Source: the human T2T-CHM13v2.0 reference genome, Homo sapiens | Assembly: GCF_009914755.1 (NCBI RefSeq) | Contig: NC_060939.1 | DNA length: 64,000 nucleotides | Reading direction: 5' to 3' (one strand) | Notes under the pieces: model-generated | Told to the model about the DNA's origin: nothing | Seen by the model: only the letters and a program-made list of their open reading frames with translations | Databases searched by the model: none | Part shown: positions 44,750 to 64,000 of the stretch, piece after piece | Layout: every line of letters starts with the position of its first letter | How positions within the stretch are numbered: the stretch's first letter is position 1 | Program-made: the position numbers and the translations under genes

Positions 44750-46119
44750 AGAGGGGAGCGTCAGGAGGGTGTCCCAGAAGTGTGGGGCGAAGGGCTCCCC
44801 TCCACATCATGGGGCATCCGAGAAGGGGTGGGAGAATAAGCACGGCATGGAAAAAGGAGCTGGGAGTCCCCCACGTCCGCAGTGAGACCCCACAGATGTT
44901 TCATGGCTGTGACTGTTTGCCTCCCACTCAAGAAGTACAGAGATGAGAAGCAGTTATTTCTTGCCCAGGAGGCCGTGGCTGGGCGGTTGGCCGTGGCCCC
45001 AGGCTCTTCCTGGGGGTGCCTGCTAACAAGGCACTGCCCTGGATGGACTCAAATCACGTCTTCGCCAGGACCCTGGCTTGGGGAGGCCCTCCCCTCCAGC
45101 ACCCTGGCTTACCCGGCTCCAGTTATGACATTCTTACATCTCTGCCCAGTTTTGCCACCATCCACAATGTTGCCCAGAACCCAGTGTTAGAAGGTAGAGT
45201 GGTGACAGGTGTGAAGAAAATAATCCCATCCCCCAGTCACAGGGGTGGGCTTTTGAGATGTAGAGGCCCAGATCAGGGAAAGGTTTGGCTGAAGTCTGCA
45301 TTGTTGGGGAAAGGAGTCAGGTCTCACAGTCAACCAGCAGAAACCCAAACGGAGCATCAACTGCAAATGAAGGCCCACAGCGCCTGCAGTCTTGAGGCCT
45401 CACATCCCATGGCTCCGTGTTTTCCTCTACCAGTCCACCTGGTGACCCCCGAGGCCTTCGGCCTCCCTACACTTCGGCCTCCTGTCTTCACAGGCATCCC
45501 CGTGGACCCTTCGCCCAAAGTCTCCAGGGGTGTCCGCGCCTACCAGACTCCCAGCTTCAGCCAGTCCACACTGTTGCCAAAGTAATTACCGCCTCATTCC
45601 ATTTGCTTACCCTGGAGCTTCCAGGAGTACTCCTGGTGCTTACAAAGCCAAATGCTGATTCCTCAGGCAGAGGTCCCTTGAGGCCCTGAGGGGAACCAGC
45701 TTGCTGATTTTCTTCAGCCCCTCCCTGGTTCAGGCCCAGCCCCAAGGTGAGAGGTCTCCTTATCCTTCTCAGAACAGTCCTTACTCATCCCATCCACATT
45801 CCGCTCTAAGGTTCCAAGATTCTGTGAGTCACAATGCTCCTCAAGTCTGGAATCTTTTTCCACCTGCTCTTCCCCAGTGCAAAGTCAGGATTTCCAGGAA
45901 GGCCTAGCTCAGCTCACCTCCGGAAAGGTCTCCAAGCTGTGTGATCTGGGGAATCGTGGAGGGGTTTTGAGCTCAGGTGTCTTCTGCCAGCTGGACTCTG
46001 AGACCCTGGCCTGCTGGGGCGAGGATGAGGCTCTGATGTGGTCTGGTCAACTCTGGGTTGGCCATCTGCACCACAGGGCTCTAACAAGGGCCTGCTATAG
46101 GCCATGAGAACCACTGTAA

Positions 46120-47810
46120 GTGTCCTTGTTCGGCAAATACTTACTCATCCCCTGCTGTATGCCCGGCAATGTTCCAGGCACAGGAATTCATCGGAGAGCT
46201 AGAGAGGACAAGATGTTGTCATGGAGCTGCAGCAACTGAACGAAAAACCATGAGAGCCCACGGAGGGCTTTGGGAGGGATGAGGGATGGCCTTTTCGAAG
46301 AGAGGCACTGGAGTTGAAACCTGAATGGGACAAGATCAGGTGGAAGAGGCTTCCAGACAGAGGGGGCAGCTCTGTCAAAAGGTCCCAAAGAAGGAGAAAT
46401 CTCAATGTGTTTAAGAAACAGGTGGGGCTTCTGCCTCACACTCATTCTAAAACCTTCAACCCCACAGCTTCTGCTTTAGGCAATGGGGACACCTGGGAAA
46501 CACAGTAAGTTTCTGCTCCCCGGAACACTAAGTCCTCACGTGGGAATCCCAACAAAGATGGCTCAGAAAATGAAGGGACACCTGAAACCAGGGCTGGGAG
46601 GGGTGGGATCCTGCTCTTGCTCCTGTCAATTGGGTGGTCCAAGGAGGCTTCTCAAGCAACACTGAGCGGAGGCCTAGGGACACAAGCTGTGCAGGCACCT
46701 AGGGAAGAAATGGTAAGCACGGGGCGGGATAGGGAGCGTTCAGGGATTTCAGGCCCAGCAAGGAAGCCGGGGTAGCTGGAGCTGAGTGGGAGATTGGAGA
46801 CGTGGCCGAGAGTGAGGTCATGTGGGGCCTTGTGGATCCCGGTGAGGATTTTGGCTTTTGAGCGAGAGGGAAAGCTTGGGAGGATTTTGAGAAGTGGCAT
46901 CAAGTGGCTTTACCGAGGTTTCCAGAGATCACTCCTGCTGCAATGTAAATAGAATGTAGAGGGCCAGGGCAGAAGAAGGGAGACGTCGTGGCGAGCGGCC
47001 ACTGCAGTGATCCTGCAAAGGTGCTGTGGCTCAGGCTGGGTGGCCATGGTGGATGTGGGACATAGCCTCCTCAGAGCATGCGGGACATGCTGTTGGAATG
47101 GTTGTGGGATGTGCAAGAGAGGAGGTGAGGGTGGCCCAACAGCTAAAAACCCAAGTTTCATCTAGTGAGTTGGGAAGACAGAAGATGAGGCAGAACTGGA
47201 GGTGCCCACCAGCCCTCAGGAGCAGGAGTCGTGCTGGCAGTGGTGATGTCAGTCTGGGGTCAAGAGCAGGTCTGGATGCAGGAGAGGGTAGCCATGAGGA
47301 GCAGCAGAGTGGCCAGCATTTAGGGCTTCACTAGCCTTTGGAAAGGACAAGTCTCTGGATTTGCTCCAAGTGCAATAGGGAGCCATGGGCTGCCCCAAGC
47401 AGAGAGGCGTGAGATGAGAAGATCTTATATGCTCTTTTAATAGATAGAAAATTGATTCCGAGCAGAGTTGGAGCAGGAGAGGTGTAAATTAAGAGGTGGC
47501 TTACACCTGGCATTGGATAGACAGACATGGACAAATTGGAAGTACGTCTTCCAGGCAGAGCTAATGTGACTGGCCAACAGGTTGGATGTTTCAGTGAGAA
47601 AAATAAATGAAGTGGTTTAAGGAGAAAATGCAAGCTCAGCATAAGCCATGTTAAGTGTGAGATGGCAAGTGGGCAGTGGCGTATCGAAGACCGGACATGA
47701 CAGCAAAGGTCCACACTGGTGACACAGCTGTGGGGGATGCTGGGAGACACCTGGGGGTTAGAGCTATGTGATGAGATCGCACCTAGATGCGCGAGATGCA
47801 CACAGGGCAT
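46120..47810. mobile_element. L2 fragments
   Basis: L2-like motifs (gtgaggattttggctttt, gagatcactcctgctgc). Confidence 0.6.
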
Positions 47811-48080
47811 AAAAAGAGACTCTGGGTGTTACTTTCCAACTAAGAAGTATAGAGAATTGAATGAGACAATCATCAAGATTGTTTCCAGTTTTCAGATACC
47901 AAGAATCAGTACCTCTAATGGCTGGTGAAATAAATAATTATGGAATAAGTAAGAATCACAGTCTAAAACATTTTAACCTGACAGCATTGTTTAATATTTA
48001 CTCTAGTGACTGCCCTTACAAATAGGCATAACAGATTCTGACATTTTTAAAATTTTTATTTTAAATATTTTTAATTTTTT

Positions 48081-49611
<1,531 letters not shown>

Positions 49612-49779
49612 TTAAAAAAGTGAGTTTTTCCAGTAGATCCCTTGAGAAGGCTCAAAATCAGAGAAAGCAGGCCATTCTAGGATGAGGCGCAGGTGGGAAA
49701 ATAACGAGGCCGCCATGTTGCTACATCCAGGATGCCACTGCAAGTCCCATGCTGGTTATTTCAAGTAGCTGCTCTTAAG

Positions 49780-49940
49780 ACCGGCTGCTCCTTAAGGTTA
49801 CCTGATGAGCTACTAATGCCCAAGCAATGCCCAAGCCTTGCTCCAGACTCAGTACACATAGGGACCAGGCCCCAGCACCCAGATTTTTTAAAAGCTTCTT
49901 GGGTGATTCCAAGTGCAGCCAGGTTTAAGAACCTCTGGTC
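49780..49940. mobile_element. MER5A-like
   Basis: ttttaaaagcttcttgggtgattcc...gcagccaggtttaagaacctctg. Confidence 0.6.
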
Positions 49941-51208
49941 GATATCTGCAATGATAAGCATGAATCTATATTACAGTCAAGAGTCACTGGATTGTTTTAG
50001 AACAACTGGTAATATGAAAAAAAAAAAAAGCAAACTTCACCCAAGTGAGTTTCCCCTCTCTGAGGAAAAAGAGCCAATGCAGAACACAGACAATAACATT
50101 AGAAATCACTGTTATTGTCCTTAGATATCCAGCAGACCAGCCCATCTATAAAATTGCCATGGAAAGGAAGTAAATGAGGAACAGCCAAAAATTCTTGGAA
50201 GTAGAAAGCACAGCAGGTAACACATTAAAAAAAAAACCCACAAAGTGGCAACATTAACAATCTAGATGGTCATATTGGGGAGAGGGTGGATCCAGAAAAA
50301 TCCCTCTCACTTTTGCCTGCGCCAGTAGCAGACCAAGAAAATTGGGACAGCCCTTCAGGAGACATCTAGGAAAGATGGACAAAATGCTTACAAAAAATAT
50401 ATTTTAAAGCCACAGGGAACTAACAGGGCAACTAAGATAATGAAACCAAGACCGGGCAGAAGGAAGACACCAGAGAGCTCAGCCCAGCTGGGTTGCAACT
50501 CTCCAGGCACTTCCTACACAACCCACCCAGGGCTCCACATCCCCTTCCAGCTCTATTTGAATTTGCACCGATAGGCATCCCACGTGTTAGCTGACTGCCT
50601 CTTCTCCTTCGTGGCAAGACGTTCAGCTCCACAAGGCAGGAGTCAGTGTCTGCCTCTTTCACTGCTGCAAGGTAGCCCCTGTGCCTAGAAGAGCACCGCG
50701 CAGGGTGGCTTCTTACTAAATATCCGGTAGATGAATGTTCACCTTCATTCTGTGATGGAAAAACATCAACAGAATTTTTTGAGAAGAAGGTTTTGAATAT
50801 AAGCTTCTCTGTTAGTCAAATTGATATTCAACGATCCTGACAATTAAATGCATTTGCAGACAAGCAAAGACTCAGAGAGACAACACTTGTGCTTGTGTGC
50901 TGAAAGAAAAAGTATTTACCTTGATATCATGCTAACGTATTTATATAATAAACAAAATATAAATTAATAAGGAATAAGCACGTATTTCGAATAGATTAAC
51001 AATCTCCGGAAGATCTTGAACGGGTCCTCAGAATCTCATCTTCCAAAACCACGCAATGGAGAATATTTGACAAAGTTTACAAAATAGTTTATTCCTCAAT
51101 TTTATTTATAATGCAGTACAAAAAGATATTGAAACCCTCTCAATTTATTCTGCAAGGTTAGCAAAACCTGCTATTAAAACTGGATAGCAGAATTGCAAGG
51201 GAAAATAG

Positions 51209-51472
<264 letters not shown>

Positions 51473-51978
51473 TAGTTAGTAATGAGGCTAACTATACAAT
51501 AAAGATGTACAAATCAGTAAGTTACTCCTATGCAAGCAATAGCCAATTAGAAAATGCAGTAAATGAACAAAAATGGTCTCATTTTTAGAATAAAATATTT
51601 AAGGAAAAATAACAAAAACCAGTTCAAGATGTTTGCAAATAATTGTAGCAAACAGCAGGAGTAATATTTGGCCTGTGTAGCACATGTAACACCAGCCAGG
51701 CATGTGCTTCTCATTTTATAGTCATTTTCTCCGCCCTCCTGGCCATTCACTGAGACAGGAGAATGTTTATCCCAATATTATAGATGAGAAGCATGTTGTC
51801 ACATGACTAGTCAACTTAAAATTGTACTGAATGTGATAAAGGAAGATCTCAATAGATATAAAATATGCCATGTCCCTGATTGGAACTCTGAAAGTAACCA
51901 GTTGAACTTATACATTTTCCGAACTAATATTCCAGCTGGATTTATTTTTTCAACTCAACAAATGAACTATAAAATAGC

Positions 51979-52070
51979 TGTGTTAGTCAGGATTCTCCAG
52001 AGAAACAGCAAGAATAGAAGATAGATATTAATAGAAAGATAGAAATAATTAGCTAGCTAGATAGATAGAT

Positions 52071-52113
<43 letters not shown>

Positions 52114-53900
52114 GATAGATGGATAGACAGAGATGACAGGTAGATGGAGGGATAGATTAGATAGATAGATATTTAAATGGATGGATGGATAGATAGATAT
52201 GATAGATGATAGATAGATGGATGGATAGATAGAGATGATAGATGATAGATTAGATAGAGAAATGATAGATATGATAGATGGTAGATAGATGGATGGATAG
52301 AGATGATGTATAGATAGATTAGATAGATATGATAGATGATAGATGGATGGATAGAGATGATAGATGGATAGATTAGATAGATAATAGGTAGATAGATGAT
52401 AGATAGATGGATAGATAGGTAGACAGATAGATGATAGATAAATAGATGGGATAGATAGGTAGATGATGATGGATAGAGACGATAGATAGATGGATAGATA
52501 GATGGATAGATGGATGGATGGATGAGAGGGGACTGACTGTGGGAATTGGCTACAAGGATTATGGAGACTGAGAAGTCCCATGATGTGCCCTCTGCAAGCT
52601 GGAGAACGAAGGGAGCCGGTGGTGTGGCTCAGTCCAAGTACTGAGGTCTGAGAGCCAGGGAAGCCAAAGGTTTAACTCTCAGTCCAAGGTCAAAGGCCTG
52701 AGAACCCGGTGGGCCACAGCTGTAAATCTTGGTGTGTGAAGGCTAGAGAACCTGGAGTGCTGATGTCCAAGGCAGGAGACGATGGATGGTCCACTCCAGA
52801 AAAGAAGGTGGTTCACCTTTCCTCTGCCTTCTTGTTCTATCCAGGCCCTCAGTTGATTGGATGGTGCCTACCCACATCAGATGAGGGCAGATCTTCCTTC
52901 CTCAGTCCGTTGATTCAAATGCTAGTCTCTTCTGGAAACACTCTCACTAAACAGACCCAGAAATTGCATGAGCGTCATGGTTCATGCCTGTAATCCCAGC
53001 ACTTTGGGAGGTCAAGGCAGGAGGATCACTTGAGCCCAGGAGTTTGAGACCAGCCTGGACATTTTAGCGAGACCCATCTTCACAAAAAGTAAAAAAATTA
53101 ACCAGGTGTGGTGGCATGCGCCTGTGGTCCACACTAATCAGGAGGCTGAGGCGGGAGGATCACTTGAGCTCAGGAGTTTGAGGTCACAGTGAGCCACGAT
53201 TGCGCCACTGCACTCGAGCCTGAGTGACAGAGTGAGACCTTATCTCAAAAATCATAAAACATAACGTAACATATAAAAATAAAATAGAAATAATGCTTTT
53301 CCGGCTATGTGGATATCCCTTAATCTAGTCAAATTAACATTTAAAATTAATCTTCACAAATCTACCCCTTGTCAATTTAGCACCCATATGCATTTCCTTA
53401 AACCATCCTTTCTCCAGAAGAGGAGGTAAAGTCCTTGAGTAATGTTTACTCTTCTCCTATATCCATTTATGTATGTATGTTTGTACGTATGTTTCTAGAA
53501 ACAGAGACTCACTGTGTTGCCCGTGCTGGTCTTGAACTCCTGGGCTCAAGAGATCTTCCTGTCTCAGGCTCCTATAGTGCTGGGATTACAGGCATGAGCC
53601 ATTGAGCCCAGCCAATATCCCATAATTTAAATGATATTATGTAAAATTAGCAATACTTAAATATTGATATAAAGTCAAAATTTTTTTTTCTTAATAGAGA
53701 TAGGGGTCTCTCTAGGTTGCCCAGGCTGGTTTCAAACTCCTGACCTCAAGCTATTCTCCTGCCTCAATCTGCCAAAGTGTTAGGATTACAGAAGTGAGCC
53801 AAGGCACCTGGCTCAATATATCTTATAGTTACATGATGAGGGAATGAGAGAGGAAAGAAAACAGATATATCATTTGCTTGATATATTTATATATACACAC
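51979..53900 (-). mobile_element. ERVL 3' LTR (MLT2-type, 51979-53358) plus adjoining ERVL internal remnant, interrupted by Alus
   Basis: LTR ends tgtgttagtcagg.../...aattaatcttcaca; minus-strand polypurine tract gacaaggggtaga next to the LTR; Alu at 52968-53285 (+) and Alu arms at about 53480-53613 and 53682-53814 (-). Confidence 0.75.
52020..52525. repeat. Compound (GATA)n/(GATG)n tetranucleotide array
   Basis: About 500 bp directly visible, inside the MLT2 LTR. Confidence 0.95.
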
Positions 53901-54482
53901 AAACATGTTCTTTTTTTTTTTTTTTTTTTGACGCAAGGACTCACACTGACGCCCAGGCTGGTGTGCAGTGGTGTGATCTCAGCTCACTGCAGTCTTGACT
54001 TCCCGGGCTTAGTACAGACTGTGTCTCACTATGTTGTGTTATACACAACAACATGGAGAAATCTTGGAAACACTATGTTGGATGTAAGTCCCGGATGACC
54101 ACGTGTAGTACAATACTATTTTTGCAGAGCACTAATACTACTAGCAAGATTAAGCACAATCTTGTTAAGCATACTTATATATGTGATAAAGTAGTTTCTT
54201 GTGAAACTAAACATGTGCTTACCATACAACTCAGCAATTGTACTCTTAGGCATTCATCCTAGAGAAATTAAAACTCATTCACACAAAACTTGTATGTAAA
54301 TGTTTATAGCAGCTCTATTCATAATAGTCAGAAACCGGAAACAAGTTAAATGCCTCCAACAGGTGAAAGGATAAACAAATTATAGTGCATCCACACTGTG
54401 GTATTAACTACTCAGCAATAAAAAGACATGGTCTATTGAGGCACACAACTTGGATGGATCTTGAGAGACTTGTGCTGAGTGA

Positions 54483-54902
<420 letters not shown>

Positions 54903-55084
54903 TAAATTAGTTGGTGGTGCCAATTTTTACAAAGGGGAGAGAGAGGGAGATGGCGGTGGCTATAAAAGGGTGGTGGAAGAGATCCCTATGATGGACTCTT
55001 TCTGTGTTGAATCAGAGTGGTGTTCACAGGAAAAATTGCACAGAACAAATATAAATACACACAAAGTACATGGTGAAATCTAAG

Positions 55085-55330
55085 TAAAGTTGATTATTTT
55101 ATTAATTTTAATTATTAATTATTATTTAATTATATATTTATATTTTAAATAAATTTTGATATAAAATATATTTAACTATAATTATTTAAATATATCAACA
55201 TTTAGTATAGTATAAATATTACTTGAAAAAATCAAGATTATTTTATTAATTTTATTAATGTTAATTTTCTCATTGTAATATATTTGTATATTCATATGCT
55301 TTATAACTAGCATATGTCTAACATATAATG
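55085..55330. repeat. Extremely AT-rich low-complexity tract; (CA)n follows at 55367-55392
   Basis: Directly visible. Confidence 0.85.
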
Positions 55331-56079
55331 TTTGTATTCCAAATGATGTATCTTAAAGGTGGGCTGCACACACACACACACACACACACACAGAGAAACA
55401 ATGTAAATTCCACTACTGAAATATAATCATGAGAGAGAGAGATCTACTCTGTCAATTAAAGATATTATTTCTGGTGGCTTTCACACAGGAATGCACACTG
55501 GGGACAAAAATAAGAACTCACCAACATTTCTGTGTGTGTGGAAATTTAGTCTGTGATGAAACGTGGAGTTTGAAATCAATGGAGTGAGGAAAGTACTGTG
55601 TAGTATATGGCATTGGAAACATAGACAATTTGGGCAGAAAAGTCAAATCCTTATTTCACATCATAAACTAAAATACAACCTAGGGGGTTTATTATTAAAA
55701 CATTTTAACAAGGGGAAGTACCAGAGAAGTACGTGTTATATTTGTGTTAGAGGGGGAAGAATTTTCTAAACAAGGACAAAACCCAGAAGCCACAAACAGC
55801 AAAATGAACGACATAAAAACTTCCGATTTCTGTAGCATGAAAGCCTAACATATTATCATATTAAAGGTAAACAACATTTTAAAATTCTTTTTACTTTTAT
55901 TTCTTTTTTTTTTTTTTTTTGAGGCAGGATCCTGCTCTGTTGCCCAGGCCAGGGTGCGGTGGTATAATCTCAGCTCACAGCAGCCTCAGCCTCCTGGGTT
56001 CAACTGAAAAGGATAGGTGTGGTCACGTGTTAGGCCCCATTTGTGGGATATGAACAAAGTGTGTAGAATACACTCCTAT

Positions 56080-56327
56080 ATTTTTCACTAGGGCTGCTGT
56101 ACAAAGCACCTCCAACTAGATGGCATGAACAGAAATGAGGTGTCTCACAGGTCTGGAGGCCGAAAGTCTGAAATCCAGGTGCCAGCAGAGTTGGCCGGTT
56201 CTGAGGACCGGGAGGGAGACTCTGTTCTCGGTCTCTCCCCTGGCTTCTGCGGTTTGCTGCTCATCTTTGGCATTTCTTGTCTTGCAGAGACATCACTGCA
56301 ATAGCTTCTCCTATGGTCACATGACAT

Positions 56328-56359
<32 letters not shown>

Positions 56360-56530
56360 CGTGTGTGTGTCCACGTTCCCCCTTTTTGTAAGGACACCAG
56401 TCACATTGGATTAGGGCCCACCTGCTCCAGCATGACCTCATTGTAACTTAATGAATTACATCTGCAACAGCCCTATTTCCAAATAAAGTCACATTCTAAG
56501 ATACTTGGGGTTAGGACTTCAACATATAAA
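56080..56530 (-). mobile_element. MaLR LTR (MLT1B/C-like)
   Basis: ctagggctgctgtacaaag...aaggacaccagtcacattggattagggccca...atttccaaataaagtcacattct. Confidence 0.8.
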
Positions 56531-57291
56531 TTTGAGAAGGACATAGATGAATCCATAGTAATCCCTAAGAAGCAAGACTGATTAAGTCATTCATTGAGTC
56601 ACTGTTGCTGTGACCAGCTACAGGAGGATAGCAAGACAAGGAAGAAAAAAGGGACATTCAATTTTATCTTATAGAATAATCAAATCATATTTGGACCAAT
56701 AATATATTATTAGATGTATAAGACAGATGGAGACAGAGAAAAAGGGCGATAGCAAGAGAGAGCAATTTGCTATTATATTTTACTGAAGAAGGAATTAAGA
56801 GAGGAAAGTGATTACTGCTGAGGAGAGAGAAGGTCCACTCTCCCGAAAAAGGCCTGAGTCCTCCAATGATTGTTCTAAAGCTCAACTCATTCATGAAAAT
56901 AACTATTTCACAAACAGTACCACGAAGCACCCACTATGTGCCATGCTCTGTAGTAACAATCAGGAGTGCAAGGATGCAGAGTCAGTGCTACTTCAGGTGT
57001 GGTCTGCAGACGGCTTGTGCACTGCCTGTTAGGAAAGACACTCTCAGGGAAGGAAGCAAGGAAGCAGTGTGTTTGCTTTATGTTCTGAGAAGTTCCTTAT
57101 CTTGTTGCAGACAAGCAACAAACAGTGGTGGATATGCTGCTTCAGTCGTGCTAAACAGGGCTGTGTCTCTGCCCTCTGGAGACATGTTGAGCGGAGGAGA
57201 CACTTGTATTATGACAAAACATCACCCTCCCCAGCCACATTCAAGTGTTAAGTCTGAAATTTTTCCTTCACACCCTCTGTTGCTCCTCTAG

Positions 57292-57800
57292 GTGTCAAGG
57301 AGCCCATCTCCATTTTAGAAAGACAGAGATGCGTTCTGGGCCGTTGCCCGGGAAAGAATGTCTACCAGGACAGTTCTGAGAAGGCTCAGCATCATATCTA
57401 AACACAGGAAAGGAATTCCCTGTTGGAAAATTCAGGATGACAACTGTGGGTAGCAAGCCAAGGCAAAGGGCAGAACGTGAAGCAGCATTTGAGGCTCCAG
57501 CCAATTCCAGCCTGTCTGCAGGCACTGCCTGCCTCCACGGCTGTCAGGTGTCGCCCCCAGGAGCTACGTAGGGCGAAGCTAGGCAGGCTTTCAGTGCCAG
57601 CTGTGGTTTCCCCAACAGCTCACAGGCCAGAGGCCCCGCCCAGGCCACCTCCTCCAGTCCCCCTGCCGCGGGGTGGTCTTCGGTGGTCTCACTCTCCCTC
57701 CCACTGCATTTCCATCTCTGCTGTAATATACCACCTCAGCCCTTCCTTTTTGATTCCCAAGAGCAAATTTTGGAAATAAAGCAACCTGAAAACATGCTGT
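57292..57800 (+). ncRNA. Candidate terminal exon of a divergent (plus-strand) lncRNA
   Basis: Strong acceptor ttttccttcacaccctctgttgctcctctag|G ending at 57291, unique sequence, AATAAA at 57775-57780. Confidence 0.35.
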
Positions 57801-58001
57801 TGCTCATTTTATGCCTCCTATATCCGTTCTCTCCCAAATGACTAATAGAAAGCTCCAGTCACCAAGATCAACTTCTCTAAATCCTACCTCCTTCCGCTTG
57901 TAAACACCAAGTGCCCCTATGTGATACCATGGCACCAAGTGCCATGACAGAAACCTCTGCAGGGCTCTGGAAGTCAAAGAACTGTTAATACTACCCAGAG
58001 A

Positions 58002-58384
<383 letters not shown>

Positions 58385-58740
58385 TCACACAGAAACAGGA
58401 AGGAGGCGCAGCAGAGAGAGTGGTGGAAGCAAAGAATAAGATCACCAAGTATTTTCGCAAGAGTTTCAGTATGTCTGGAATTTAGGTGTGGTAAGGAATA
58501 AGTACAGACGGAGGCAGTGGGCCAGGTAAAAGAGGCTCTTATTTGAGTTATATCAGTGTGTTAGTTCTGTATCCTAGATGTGGTGAGGCATTGCATGATT
58601 CTACCAACTTCCTTCGGTCTTCAGCTACCCAAACATAATTTTACACATATTATCTGACAAGTTCTAGATCCTAAACGCTTTCCCCATCTGGCTGCAGATA
58701 ATCTAGACATGAAACATGTTTGCCTCATTAGAGGCAGTTA

Positions 58741-59132
<392 letters not shown>

Positions 59133-59239
59133 CTACCCATGTAGAAAACTGGATATTTCATGTTCTTTTCCTTTCTCTGTAGTTATGATCTTCTGGCTTG
59201 GTTGAAACTTTAACTTTTTTTTAAAATAAAACTTGGGTT

Positions 59240-60005
<766 letters not shown>

Positions 60006-60479
60006 TGAAAGTTTAAATTTAGCATTTTTATTATTAGAATGATGGCTCTGGCAAGTGCAATAATTTATAAACTCCAAGCAAATGAGAGTGCTGCAGAAGA
60101 CAAAAATATAAAAATATAGGTACAGATTGGAGTAAAGCATGCATTTTTAAACTGTTTCTTTTATTAACGTCACACATCTATTTCTCAGCTGTGTCTGCCA
60201 AATGCATTTAGATCCTAGCATCCAGGGACTCTGCTGGCGTGGTGGAAGGTAGCGTAGCAGCATTGTCAGCAGAAGACCTTTCCATGGCTCCGCTTTCCTC
60301 AAAATGAATTTTTTGAAAACCAAGCTACTTAAAAATCTGTTTCCTTACTTTACATTTGTTGAAGTTTCTTTGTTTGTTTTAAAGGTTGGACAACATGTTG
60401 TAAAATATAACCTGTATATGATGATGTTTATAAATCATTAAAGTACAAATTTAAAAAGAAAATGAAACTCTTGGCAATT

Positions 60480-63450
<2,971 letters not shown>

Positions 63451-63452
63451 AC

Positions 63453-63935
63453 TGAGGCGGGAGGTGGGACTTGACTCCAGAGGTGGGGCTCAGACTCCAG
63501 ACCAGATTGAAGACTAGCTGAAACAGGGAAGAGGCAAAAGCACCTCTCCATAAGACATGCCCACCAGTGCCATGTCAGTTTACCATTGCCATGGCAACAC
63601 CCAGAAGTTACCACCCCTTTCCATGACAATGACCTGACAACCCAGAAGTTACCATCTTTTTTCTAGAAATTTCTGTATAATCCACCCCTTGATTTGCCTG
63701 TGATTAAAAGTGGGTATGAAATGACTGCGGAACCCCCCTGAGCTGCTACTCTGGGCACACTGCCTGTGGTTAGCCCTGCTTCACAAGGAGCAGTACCCCC
63801 TGCTACTGCTGTGCACTGTGCTGCCATCAAAGTTGCTGTTTAACACCACCGGTTCACCCTTGAATTCTTTCCTGGGTGAAGCCAAGAGCCCTCCCAGGCT
63901 AAGCCCCAATTTGGGGGCTCGCCTGTCCAGCATCA
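63453..63935 (+). mobile_element. ERV1 solo LTR (MER41-family-like)
   Basis: TG...CA ends, TSD gtac/gcac, cccaccagtgccatgtcagtttaccattgccatggcaac motif. Confidence 0.72.
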
Positions 63936-64000
63936 GCACAACCACTATGGAACTATGTGTGGTAGTTTCTGTTTTAATGAAATATGTTTATCTGTGATCA

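Noticed and set aside
52057-52581. 174-aa Ile/Tyr/Leu/Ser-rich ORF
   Set aside because: Translation of the (TATC)n array.

Overview
Primate (very likely human) genomic DNA from the 15q11-q13 region. It holds the CpG-island promoter and first coding exon of ATP10A, a P4-ATPase lipid flippase, on the minus strand (ATG at 43692, splice donor after 43244). Positions 1-43243 are ATP10A intron 1, where no second coding exon is recognisable; 43700-64000 is the 5' flank. The intron holds the hairpin of microRNA MIR4715 (29333-29411, minus strand), which looks like an inverted duplication inside an MLT1 LTR. The rest is mostly interspersed repeats (about 30 Alus or Alu fragments, old L1s, L2/MIR, MaLR/ERV LTRs, MER DNA transposons) plus micro- and minisatellites. 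Nearly all other listed ORFs are repeat-derived or GC-rich noise. No new multi-gene system is evident. The best leads are small-scale: template-switch palindromes, a 5'UTR uORF, candidate enhancer motif clusters, a candidate poison exon, and signals for an upstream exon and a divergent lncRNA. Repeat subfamilies are assigned from recalled consensus sequences and boundaries are approximate.
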